DNA from: the human T2T-CHM13v2.0 reference genome, Homo sapiens
DNA: 64,000 nt
Strand: one strand, 5' to 3'
NCBI RefSeq assembly: GCF_009914755.1
Contig: NC_060947.1
In this document: positions 1 to 12,479 of the stretch, piece after piece
Position numbering within the stretch: position 1 is the stretch's first letter
How the letters are laid out: each line of letters opens with the position of its first letter
Translations under genes and position numbers: made by a program
Notes under the pieces: model-generated
Databases searched by the model: none
Told to the model about the DNA's origin: nothing
What the model saw: the letters and a program-made list of their open reading frames with translations, nothing else

Positions 1-677
1 TGTATCTTCTGTAAATCAAAAAGTATCTGAGACAGGTCTCAATCAATTTAGAGGTTTATTTTGCCAAGATTAAGGATCATGGCCCATGACACAGCTTCAG
101 GGGGTCCTGAGAATATGTGCCCAAGATGGTAGGATTATAAGGTGATTTTATACATTTTGGGGAGACAGAAGTCATAGGCAAAGACATAAATCAATATAGG
201 CAAGGTATACATTGGTTCTGCCCACAAAGGTGGGACATCTCAAAGCAGGGGATCTTCTAAGTCATAGGTACATTCAAAGGTTTTCCTGATTAGCAAATTG
301 GTTGAAGGAGTTAATCTCTGCCTGAAGAGTTAAAGTCAACTTGACTTAAGGTAAGGAGGTGGTTGTGGAATCCAAGATTCTTGTGATATAGATGAAGGTT
401 CCAGGTAGCAGGCTACAGAGAGACTAGGTGGTGAATGTTTCTTATTGGACCTTAAAAGGTGTCAGACTCTTAGTTAATTCTCTCCTGGAACAGGAAAAGA
501 CCTGGAAAGGGAAGGGCATTCTCTACAGAATGTAGATTTCCCCCACAAGAGATGGTTTTGCAGGGCCATTTCAAAATATGTCAAAGAAACATATTTTAGG
601 ATAGAATACTTTGATTTCCTTTAGGGCCTGTTATCTGTCATGTGATGTTATACTAGAGTAAGGTTGGAGTTAGTATC

Positions 678-2492
678 TTTTTTTTTTTTAAGGTGTGCTC
701 TTTTATTCAACTGGTCTCAAGTCAGTGTACAGGTAAGCCCTGGCTGCCTCCACACCTCCACCCACTCCCAGAAAGACCAAAAACCTTCATACACGTCAAG
801 TTGAGGGGCAAAAAAGGGGGATCACAATGGCTGATCATTCAAAATAAAACAAAATTTAAAAAGTATTAAGGCGAAGATTAAACATTTTTTGCATTACATA
901 ATTTATATGAAAGCAATGCTATCACCTCCCCTGTGTGGAGAGGACTGGGGCATTCTCCTTAGAGAGAAGTGGGGTGGCTTTTGGGAGGGCAAGGGACTTC
1001 CTGTAACAATGCATCTCATGATATTTGGAATGACTATTTAAAAAAAGAACAATGTACAATCAAAGTCCTTGGCCACATTGTAGAACTTTGAGGGGTGCTC
1101 ACTCCAACTGACTGCTGTCGCCTCCACCTTTCCAGTTTTCAAATCCTGAGTCAAGCTAAACAACAACAACAACAACAACAAATAATAATAATAATAATAA
1201 TAATAGTAAGGCCACACCAATCTCATCTTGTTTTCTGGCAAGTTGGGTTTTTGTCAAGAATGGGTGTAATGCAACTAAGTAACAGTCCGCCTAGAAGCAC
1301 TTGCTGTGGGTGATGAAGGGGCCGGCCTCTTGGTATTTTTGCTTGCTGATCCACATCTGCTGGGAGGTGGACAGGGAGGCCAGGATGGAGCCATCGAAAC
1401 ACACAGAGTATTTATGCACAGGAGGAGCAATGATCTTGATCTTTACTGTGCTGGAAGTCAGGACAGTGATCTCCTTCTGCATCCTGTCGGCAATGCCAGG
1501 GTACATGGTAGTGCCGCCAGACAGCACTGTATTGGCGTACAGGTCTTTGCAGATGTCCACATCACACTTCATGATGGAGGTGAAGGTAGTTTCGTGGATG
1601 CCATAGGATTCCATGCCCAGGAAGGAAGGCTGGAAGAGGTACTGGGGCAGTGGAACCACTGGTTGCTGATGGTGATGACCTGGCCGTTGAGCAGCTCCTA
1701 GCTCTTCTCCAGGGAGGAGCTAGAGGCTGCAGTGGCCATCTCCTGCTCGAAGTCCAGGGTGATGTAGCACAGCTTCTCCTTGATGTCAAGCATGATTTCC
1801 CGCTCAGCAGTGGTGGTGAAGCTGTAGCCGCCCTCCTTGAGGATCTTCATGAAGTAGTCAGTCAGGTCCTGGCCAGCCAGGTCCAGAGGCAAGATGGCAT
1901 GGGGGAGGGTGTACCCCTCATAGATGGGCATAGTGTGGGTGATCCCATCGCTAGAGTCCATCACGATGCCAGTGGTACTGCCAGAGGCATACCAGCTTGG
2001 ATGGTCAAGTACATGGCTGGGGCATTGAAAGTCTCAAACATGATCTGGGTCATCTTCTCATGGTTGGCCTTGGGGCTCAGGGGGGCCTCGGTCAGCAGCA
2101 TGGGGTGCTCCTCGGGAGCCGCACATAGCTTGTTGTAAAAGTTATGGTGCCAGATCTCCATGTCATCCCATTTGGTGACAATGCTGTGCTCCATGGGGCA
2201 TTTCAGGGTGGGGTCAGGATGCCTCTCTTGCTCTGGGCCTCATCGCTCATGTAGGAGTCCTTCTGACCCATGCCCAGCATCACGCCCTGGTGCCACGGGC
2301 ACCACATGATGGAGGGGAAGACAACTGGGGGGCATCATCGCCCATGAAGGCAGCCTTGCACATGCCAGAGCCATTGTTGAAGACGAGAGCAGTGATATCA
2401 TCATTCATGGTGATCTGGCAGTGGGTGTGGACTGGTGATGGAGTGGGGAGGGTGAGGCTCTGTGCCCGCCAGGAAGATGCAGTCTCCACAGT
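678..2492 (-). pseudogene. ACTB: Full-length processed pseudogene of beta-actin (ACTBP-type; locus number not determined)
   Basis: Intronless actin CDS remnant 2408->1291 (MNDDITALV..., [26 protein letters not shown], ...HSKCF stop) broken across frames. ACTB-type 5'UTR and 3'UTR with AATAAA, T-run 678-689, and TSD tggagttagtatctt (665-679) / tggagttgttatctt (2494-2508). The N-terminus is beta-type (DDD-like), not gamma-type (EEE). Confidence 0.96.
1159..1205. repeat. Compound (CAA)n(ATA)n microsatellite in the retrocopy 3'UTR
   Basis: Direct reading of the sequence. Confidence 0.95.
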
Positions 2493-4339
2493 CTGGAGTT
2501 GTTATCTTATTGCTACAAAGAATTTCTTCTGTCACCCTTAGGATCTCTATTTTAATAGTAATGCTGAGTTGTGTCTAAACTCCAAAAGGAAGAGGGTATA
2601 ATGAGGCATGTCTGACCCCAGTCTCCTTCCTGTCATGGCTTGAACTAGTTTTTGAGGTTTCTTTGGGATCCTCTTGGCTGAGAGGGAGATCCACTTACTC
2701 AGTTGGGGGGCTTAGAACTTTAATTTTAGTTTACACTTCAGTCTGTCAATTATTTCCTTTGCTGTGCAGAAACTTTTCCATTTGATGTAATCCCATTTGT
2801 CTATTTTTGCTTTTGTTACCTGTGCTTTGAGGTCATGTTAAAAAAAAAAAGAGAAAAAGAAAAAAAAGAAAATTCATTGCCCAGACAAATGTCTTAAAGC
2901 TTTTCTCCTGTTTTTGCTTCTAGAAGTTTCATAGTTTAGGGTCTAACATTTAAGTCGTTAACCGTTTTTGTGAGTGGTTTTTATACGGTGAGAGATAAAG
3001 GTCTAATTTCATTTTTCTGCATGTGTCTATCCAGTTTTCCCAACACTATTTGTTGAAGAGACTGTCCTTTCCCTATTGTATGTTCTTGGCACCTTCATTA
3101 AAAATCAGTTTGCTATAAACGTGTGGATTTATTTCTGGGTTCTCTTTTCTGTTCCATTGGTCTACGTGTCTGTCTTTATGCCAGTATCATGCTGTTTTGA
3201 TTACTATAGCTCTGTAGCACATTTTGAAGTCAGATAGTGTGATGCCTCCAGCTTTGCATTGTTTTTCTGTGTTTTGTTTTTGTTTTTTTGCTCCAAATTT
3301 CTTTGGCTATTCAAGGTCTTGGATGGTTCCATACAAACTTTAGTATTTTTTTCTATTTCTGTGAAGAATGTCATTGGTATTTTGATGGGAATTGTATTGA
3401 ATCTGTAGATTGCTTTGGGTAGTATGGGCATTTTAACAATTTTAATTCTTACAATCCATGAACACAGGATACCTTTCCATCCTTTTTATGTCTTCTTCAA
3501 TTTTTTTTCAGCAATGTTTTCTAGTTTTCAGTGTAGAGATCTTTCATCTCCTTGGTTAAATTTATTCCTAAGTATTTTAATTTTTGTAAATATTATAAAT
3601 GGAATTTTTATTTATTTTTCTGATAGTTTGCTATAAACGTATAAAAATGCTACTGAATTTTGCATGTTGATTTTCTATCCTACAACTTTATTAAATGTGT
3701 TTATTAGTTCTAACATTTTTTGATGGAATCTTCAGGGTTTTCAGTATTTAAGATTGTGTCATGTGCAAACAGGGACAATTTAACTTCCTCCTTTCCAATT
3801 TGGATGCCTTTTATTTGTTTATCTTAGCTAATTGCTCTGGCTAGGACATCCAGTACTATGTTGACTATAAGTGGTGAGAGTAGGCATCTTTGTGTTGTTC
3901 CAAATCTTGAAAAGCTTTCAACTTTTCCCACTTTTAGTGTATTAGCTGTGGATTTATAATATATAGCCTATATTGTGTTGAGGTACATTCCCTCTGTACT
4001 TAATTTGTTGAGGGTTTTTATCATAAAGAGATGTTGAATTTTGTCAAATGCTTTTTCTGCATCTATTGACATGATCATATGGTTTTTGTCCTTCATTGTA
4101 TTAATGTGATGTATCACCTTTACTGATTTACATATGTTGAACCATTCTTGCATCCCTGGGATAAATTTCATTTGCTCATGGTGGATAATCTTTTTAATAT
4201 GCTGTTGAATTTAATATTTTATTAAAGATTTTCAAATATCTATTCATCAGGGATATTGGCCTGTAGTTTTCTTTTTTGGTTGTGTCCTCATCTGGTTTTA
4301 GTATTGTGGTAATGCTGGCCTTGTAAAATTAGTTTGGAG

Positions 4340-4758
4340 GTATCAGTTTGTTCTCACATTGCTATAAAGAAATACCTGAGACTGGGTAATTTATAAAGAA
4401 AAGAGATTTAATTGGCTCACAGTTCCACAGACTGTACAGGAAGCATTATGCTGGCATCTACTCAGCTTCTGGGGAGGCCTCAGGAAACTTACAATTATGG
4501 CAGAAGGCAGAGGGGAGCACACATATCACATGGCTGGAGTAGGAGCAAGAGAGAGAGGGGAAAGGTGCTACACACTTTTAAACAGCCAGAGCTCACAAGA
4601 ACTCACTATCACAAGAACAGCACCAAGTGGATGTAACAAACCATACATGAGAAATCTGCCTCTGTGATGTAGTCACCTCCCACCAAACACCAACTTCAAC
4701 ATTAGGGATTACAATTTGACATGAGATTTGGACAGAGACACAGATCCAAACCATATCA
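4340..4758. mobile_element. MaLR LTR (MSTA-like)
   Basis: ctataaagaaatacctgagactgggtaatttataaag...caaaccatatca MST/THE1 signature. Confidence 0.85.
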
Positions 4759-5121
4759 CCCCTCTTCAATTTTTTGGAAGAGTTTGAGACTTCAAGTTAC
4801 TGTTTCTTTAAACGTTTGGCAGGATTCAGCTGTGAAGTCATCATGTCCTGGGCTTCTCTTTGATCAGAAACTATTTGTTACTGAGTCAATCTCCTTATTC
4901 ATAATTAGTCTATTTAGATTTTGTATTTCTTCATACTTCAATCTTGATAAGTTGTATGTGTCCGGGAATTTACCTGTTTTCTAGGTTATCCAATTTGTTG
5001 GCATATAATTCTTCATAATAATTTCTTATGATCTTTTGTTTCTATGGTATCAGTTGTAATGTCTCCTTTTGTGCCTCTAATCTTATTTGAGTCTTCTCTC
5101 TTTTTTTCTTAGTCTAGCTAA

Positions 5122-5511
<390 letters not shown>

Positions 5512-6049
5512 TAGTTTCTATTTCATTTATTCCTGCTCTGATCTTTATTATTTCCTTCCTTCTACTAATTTTGGGCTTAGTTTCTTCTTGTCTTTCCAGT
5601 TCCTTGAGGTTCAAGGTTAGGTTATTTATTTGAGATCTTTCTTCTTTCTTAATATAGGTGTTTATTGTTATAAACTTCTTTCTTAGAACTGCTTTTGCTG
5701 TATCCCATAAGTTTTGGTATGTTGTGTTTTCATTTTCATTTATCTCAAGAAAAGTTTTAATTTCCCTTTTAATTTCTTCATTGACCCATTGGTTGTTCAA
5801 AGCATCTCTTCCCAGGTGCTGCATTTTGTCAGCTGGACCTTAAGAAGCACTGTTTGTCCCCCCAAGTAATATATAGACCCTTGTGAGAAAACCTCCTTTA
5901 GTTTCTAATTAGAATCCCCCTCTGCTCATGGGCCTCGGACTTTGTCCCTGGCAACAAACTGGAGAGAAAACCATGTTTTCCTCCTGCATCACATGCTGAT
6001 CTTGTCCCACCCATAGCTTGTCAGCCCTTGCCAACTGCCAACATCTGCA

Positions 6050-6370
6050 TCTCTTTGCCTGAGATTTCTTCAGTAGCCTGTCTTCCCTGCTTATGGACAA
6101 GTTTCTTGCATACCAATGACCCACAAGTGTAGATGTAGATAACTCTGCTGCTTGTGTTCTACATTGGCTTCTAGAGTTCCCCAATATAATGGAGCTCTAA
6201 TTAACCATGGTGGTAACTAGCTTGATAAAGCACCATTTATTGGCTCTCTTCTTACCTGTCTCACTCCTCCACTCTCTTGTCGGTATTTCTTAGGATTATC
6301 TCCCAAATAAACTATTTGCACTAAAATCTTTGTCTTAGGACCTACTCCTTGGAAAACCTACACTAAGTTG
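6050..6370 (+). mobile_element. Ancient ERVL LTR fragment (LTR16-like)
   Basis: 3' end tcccaaataaactatttgcactaaaatctttgtcttagg resembles the recalled LTR16 end; the left boundary is uncertain. Confidence 0.5.
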
Positions 6371-6679
6371 CCTTCTCATCTCTCAGTCTTTCTCTCCAGG
6401 AACAAAGAGCACAGGCCCACATCCCCCATGTAAAATCAACACATGCCAACAGATGCTTGAGGAACTACCAGTTCCTCAGTCATAATTAGGCTTTGAATGC
6501 AACTCAGCCCCTCTGCTACAAATATAAGTATCCTCCCATACACAGAGGTCCTCTTCCTCTATCCAGAATTTTGCCTGGGTTGGGTGTCCCGTTTATACAC
6601 TTCTCAGGTTCCTGTAATTCCTCAATTGTCATAATGGCAATATTGTATTATATTAACATGTTTTATTAACCATTGATGG

Positions 6680-7100
6680 CATCACACTCTAAGATCTGTG
6701 AGGGCAAAGACCATGTCTGTCTTGTTTACCATTTATACTTATTATGTATGATAGTGTATGGTGCAGAGTCAATCCTCAATAAGCATATGTTAATTTCATG
6801 TAAATTTCCAGGGAATGATAAAAGCCTGACACCTCAGATAGCCTAAAATCATGGGAAAGGAGTAAAGTCATTAATAATACCACTTGTGGAATGTCAGCAA
6901 TATACCTGGCCCTATGTTAAGTAATTTACAAGCATTATTGTATTGGTTACTCATATTAACCCTATGAGATAAGTTCCACTATTCTCATTTTAGAGTTGAG
7001 GAATCAGAAATGAAGTTCGCCCCTGCCAGAGATACACTTCTAAGTAGCAAAACTGGAATTAAACTCAGATCTTTCTGATTCCAAGAGTGAGCTTATTAAG
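6680..7100. mobile_element. L2 3'-end fragment followed by MIR
   Basis: tgagggcaaagaccatgtctgtcttgtttacc (L2); cctatgagataag...ctcattttagagttgaggaa (MIR core). Confidence 0.6.
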
Positions 7101-7206
7101 CGCTAGACTGTGTTGAGAATCTCACAAGACTGTTCTGCTTTAAGCACCACCACAGGCAAAGCACTATTTATTGATAATAGCGATAGTGTAATGACCATTA
7201 AAATGA

Positions 7207-7645
7207 GTACAGTGGGCTGAATGGTGGTCCTCAGATGATATGTCCATGTCCTAATTTTCAGAATCTGTGAATGTTATCTTATTTGAAAAAGGGATTTTTG
7301 CAGATATAATTAAATTAAGGATCTTGAGATGTGAAGCTCATCCTTGATTATCTGAGTAGGCTCTAAATCCAATGACAAGTAGCCTTATAAGCAACACAAA
7401 GAGGAGGAAGACAGAAAAGACGGCATTGTGACCACAGAACCGGAGATTGGAATGATGCAGCCACAAACCAAGGAATGCCTGGAGCCACCAGAAGCTGGAA
7501 GAGGCAAGGAACAGATTCTCCACTAGAGACTTCTGAGAGAGTGTGGACCTGACAAGAACTTGATGTCAGACTTCTGGCCTCCAGAACTGTGAGACAATAA
7601 ATTTATGTTGCTTTAAGCCACCAAGTATGTGGTAATTTATCCACT
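7207..7645 (+). mobile_element. MLT1 (C/D-like) LTR
   Basis: ccagaagctggaagaggcaaggaacagattctcc...ccagaactgtgagacaataaatt signature. Confidence 0.85.
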
Positions 7646-8243
7646 TAAGTCCAATACCTTATGCCTGGGTTATGTGGCATTCTACTGACTCTGGCCAGAC
7701 CAGATATTTCTCTGGCCAGCCCACAGCATAATTGTGTGGCAAGCTGGAATGCTAGGCTGTCAATGGAAATCTCTGAATGTCTACAATATGTCTCTCTCTA
7801 GTGCAGGAGATCACAGGGTCATGAAACTTAAGAGATGATAGGGATCTTGAAGAGCATGTGGTTTGACCTCTCCCCTAGGCAGGAATTCTGTTTTCCAGAG
7901 TTACTAGTAGTTGGCCAATCAGCCTCTTTTTGAACACTTCCCCAATGAGTAGTGTACCCCTCTCATACCATATCCCTCTTCATTTATGGACAACTTTCAC
8001 TGGAGAGTTCTTGATATCGCTGAGCCCTAATTTTCCCATTACATTTTCCATCCAGTTACCAAAATTCTATCTTGAAGACCCATAAAAGTAAGTCCTAATT
8101 CTTCTTTCATATTAACAATTTCTCAAGTTATTGAAAATACCTGTTATGTTCCTCAACTATCTAGCAACTAGCCCCGTTCCACTTACCATTACTCAGGTGA
8201 AGTCATTTTTAAACCTCTCATCATATAATATTCTTCTCATTTA

Positions 8244-8628
<385 letters not shown>

Positions 8629-9849
8629 TTACCTTCCTTATTTTAGGTTTAATTCGTGCATCCTAAGACTGCATTCACATTACAGATAATGGTGTCATAT
8701 GATTGACTCATTCCCACCTTCCTGGCAGCTGAAATCTAAGAGTTTTACAGAATTTCTGTTAAACCTAATTGATTTTGGAATCTATAGGAAGTGTTTTTTT
8801 ATTCACTTCTGGAATTGCCTCTTGTTTGTTTCAGCTAATTTTTCCAGGCTGTCACAATACTTTTAATGCTAATTTATCATCTGGTATATTAGCTTGCTTT
8901 GGCTGACTCTCATTCCCATGCTCCTCATACCTGGAACCTAACACTCTGTCTCCAGGCTCTGGTTTAAACCCTTCCTTGCTGGACTCTTAGAACATGCTCA
9001 CACACTCCTATTATAAGCCATTTCTCCTTACCTTTGACTCTTCTCAAATCATAACAACCAATTTCTGGGCCAGGGCTCTAATCTCTAAAATATCTTCCTG
9101 CTCTGATCTTCTTTCATTCTATTATGTCAGAAACCCACAAGTACTCAAACCTATTGAAACATAATAGGATGCATGTAAGTGCAAGGGGCAGCTAGCACCT
9201 TATGAGACCCAGAAAGACAACCGACATTTGATAAATGGCATCAAAGAAGTATGCTGGGTGTGACCCTGGGAAATTACAGCAACTTTAAGAAGGTTCACAG
9301 CAAGGCTTTGGCAACCTTTTTGGATTCTATTCTCTGAGCTGCAGGTATGAACTTGAAGAACCTAAAAGCAGCTCTCATAGGCCTAGTGGACTAGTTCCAA
9401 AGTGATAGGGGCATCATCATCTGACATTATCAAAACTGACTCAGCAAGAAGGGTCCAGAGTTCAGTAAGGTTGATGGGCATAACAAATAGTATCTTGTCA
9501 ACACTTTGCAGTTGCTCTTTTTTAAACTAAAAAGCATGTTGATAAGAGAGGTGAATGGGAGTGGCAGGGAGATATCACATGCTTGGAAGAAAAGAAATCC
9601 TGTTTCATGCCACCATTTCTGATTATTTTTCTCCATTTCATTTCTGAAAAAAAAGTGTGAAAGGAATACTTCATGGTGGTGAAGAGATAATGTAAGAAAA
9701 ATAGAGGAAAAAAACTACTATTTAAAAGCTGCTGTATTGTTATTTTCCAGATTTTTACGTTACTTATGCTATTGAGATGCTGTCCATTTTAAAAGTATTT
9801 ATGACAGATGATGGAATTGAACAGCTAAAAATAATAAAATTTAAGCAAG

Positions 9850-10400
9850 TCCCATCAACTCACACAATGATACTTTATACCTACATAGCACTTTACTGTT
9901 CTCAAAGCACTTTTTCATGCATTAAAACCTCACAACAACCTCATGGGATTACCATTATTATCACTGCTTCAAGATGATATTTAGTAAAGTGAAGAGATTC
10001 ACCCAAGTTCATAAAAGTAGTGTGCAGAGAAAAAACTTGGACTTGAACCAATATATTCCAAGCAGTATTCTTTACACCATGACACAGTTATCTTGAAAGA
10101 AAAAGAATGAATCGTTACTAGCATAGCTCCCTTAAAAAACTGCAATTATCTTTAGATTTCATAGCAAAGGCGTAGAGATTCTCTTCAGTTATACATATAT
10201 GAAAATAAAACAATTCTTCTCCAAGTCTTCCATCCCAATTAGTCTCTCTCAGTCCACAAAGATGTCTCTAACTACTTTAATTTAACAATTCAACTTAACA
10301 AATATTTAGTGAATGCCGGCAATGAATAGGTGCTATGCTAGCACAGCAGAAATTCAGTTATCTTGGCTTTTAGAAATCTTACCAACTAGTAGAGAACACA
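9850..10400. mobile_element. MIR and L2 fragments
   Basis: ctcacaacaacctcatgg... (MIR); aacaaatatttagtgaatgcc (L2 end). Confidence 0.5.
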
Positions 10401-10402
10401 GT

Positions 10403-11420
10403 TGTCTTAGATATCTATTGCAGCAAAACAGACTATCCCAAGATTTCGTGGTTTGAAAACAACCACTTATTGTTGCTCACGATTCCATAGGTTGGCTAGA
10501 ATGCGCTGGACAGTGCTTCTTCTTCACTGCCATTCAGTGGTCCCAACACCAACATCAGGTTCAATGAGAAGGACTCACAGAACTCAGAAAGGCTGTTATA
10601 TTCATGGTTAAAATTTATTACAGTGAAAGGATAGAGCAAAGTGCAGGAAAGACCAGGCATGAGCTTCTAGTTTTTCCTTCCCAGTGGAGTTTAGAATAAG
10701 GACAGCACTTAGTTTCTCCCAGAAATGATGTGTAGCAATATGCACGGAATTTTGCCAACCAGAGAAGCTAACTTGAGCTTTTCTGTCCAGAGTTTTTACT
10801 GGGGTTTGGTAATGTAGGCGTGGCTCCTACACAGCTGACCCTATTCTACAGCTCCTCCAAACTCAAGCTGATATACTACACAGCCCAAGGCCCCACCACA
10901 AATGACATTATTTGCAAAAAAAATCGAGTGTGGCCTGTAACACCCAGGTTAAATAATAAATAAAAACACTCTTTTCAATCAGGACCAAACTTTCTTTTGG
11001 CAAGGTTAATTCTTTGCTACATATCCACATAGTGTCTGCTGGGACTACAGACATTTGGAGACTTGATTAGACTGAAACATCCAAAATGGCTCACTCAGAT
11101 GGTGACAGTTAGTGTTGGCTATTGGCTGGGAGCTCAGCTGGGGTTGTCAACTAGAACATCTTATACATGGCCTCTTCACATAACTTGGCTATCTCATAAC
11201 ATAGCAAGTGGATTATAAGAGGAAGCCTTCTAAGCATACAAAAAGAGAAGTTGCAGATCTCCTAAGGCCCATCCTTGGAATTTCCAGTGTCACTTATTCT
11301 GTATTCCACTGATCAAAACAAGTCACAGACTAGGCCAGATCAAGAGGAGGGGAAATAGTCTCCATCTCTTGGTAGGAGAAGTAAAACATAATTTACAGCC
11401 ATATTTAATGCATGAAACAG
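10403..11420 (-). mobile_element. Old MLT1 LTR interrupted by a MER21-like LTR (about 10530-11021)
   Basis: MLT1-like flanks; the internal aggactcacagaactcag...gcaaggttaattctttgctaca segment matches the second MER21-like copy at 27.2-27.8 kb. Confidence 0.65.
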
Positions 11421-11624
11421 CAGATACATATCTTTCTCAAGGGACAAAGTTCCCCAAACTACAGTGACACTGCCCTAAAGACTCACTGTGAATGCTTGTT
11501 GGAACAGCACAGCTGGAGAGAAGTCTGAATCCTACTCTGGGATTTCAGAACTGCAAACGAGTTGGAGCCAAGGACAGACCACATTGGTAGGCCATATAAG
11601 AGTGTATAAGAGGCATACACTCTG

Positions 11625-11920
11625 GGCCGGGCGTAGTGGCTCACGCCTGTAATCCCAGCACTTTGGGAGGCCAAGGTGGGTGGATCACTAGGTCAAGAGA
11701 TCGAGACTATCCTGGCCAACATGGTGAAACACCGTCTCTACTAAAAATACAAAAAGTAGCCAGGCGTGGTGGTGCACACCTGTAGTCCCAGCTACTTGGG
11801 AGGCTGAGGCAGGAGGATTGGTTTAACCTGGGAGGTGGAGGTTGCAGTGAGCCGAGATTACACCACTGCATCCCAGCCTGACGACAGAGCAAGACTCCGT
11901 CTAAAAAAAAAAAAAAAAAA
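11625..11920 (+). mobile_element. AluS (Sc-like)
   Basis: Alu dimer, poly-A, TSD core catacactctg on both sides. Confidence 0.95.
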
Positions 11921-12479
11921 GACATACACTCTGTGTGACAAGCTGGAGGAGAGATTGTGAGTGCTTTGTAGTCTGCAGCTGCTGACTACAGTCAACGGAA
12001 GACAAATACATATATACATACATACGAATACATACATACTAAACAACCACATAAAAGCTGTCACTTTACCAATGTCCCTGATGACCCCAAGAAAGCTACT
12101 GTCTCTGTGCCCCTTTCCAGGACATAAACCAGTTGCTACAAACTTTACACATTTAAGGGTCTTACTTTTGCAAATCTGTACCACTGAACTGGCTTCACTA
12201 GTCCTAAATTTAGCTTTGGCCACATGAGGAAGGCCTTGAAAACCAACTGTACGTGTGACAGCTCCATGAGACAGGCATTTTCTGGACTCCTTTCAACCCT
12301 AAAAGAATTTGATAAAACAACAAAATGGTTCACCAAAATGACCAAGCAACCACAAGTTCAAGACACCATTTCCAGTTTGAGTTTAAGAGAAGATTTTTTT
12401 ATGGCTTTAGTTAGTGATGCCCTACCTCATTAAAAAAGAGATCAAATTTTCAAAATAAATGAAGAGGATTTCTTAAACA

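Larger units (their letters stand above)
10..2735 (-). mobile_element. MER4-family ERV1 solo LTR, split by the ACTB retrocopy
   Basis: TG...CA termini (tgtaaatc at 10; ttaca ending at 2735) with 4-bp TSD cttc (6-9 and 2736-2739). Recalled MER4-like terminal sequence. The LTR sequence resumes at about 2494 after the actin insert. Confidence 0.8.

Noticed and set aside
1038-1313. ORFs with poly-Y/L or poly-Q/I runs
   Set aside because: They are translations of the microsatellite.
1291-1659. 122-aa actin-like ORF and neighbouring actin ORFs as a functional gene
   Set aside because: The CDS is split over several frames with many substitutions at invariant actin residues; it is intronless with poly-A and TSD.
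10-2735. MER4 LTR promoter driving the ACTB retrocopy
   Set aside because: On the minus strand the LTR's TATA-like and poly(A) signals lie downstream of the retrocopy; only about 240 bp of U3 is upstream.
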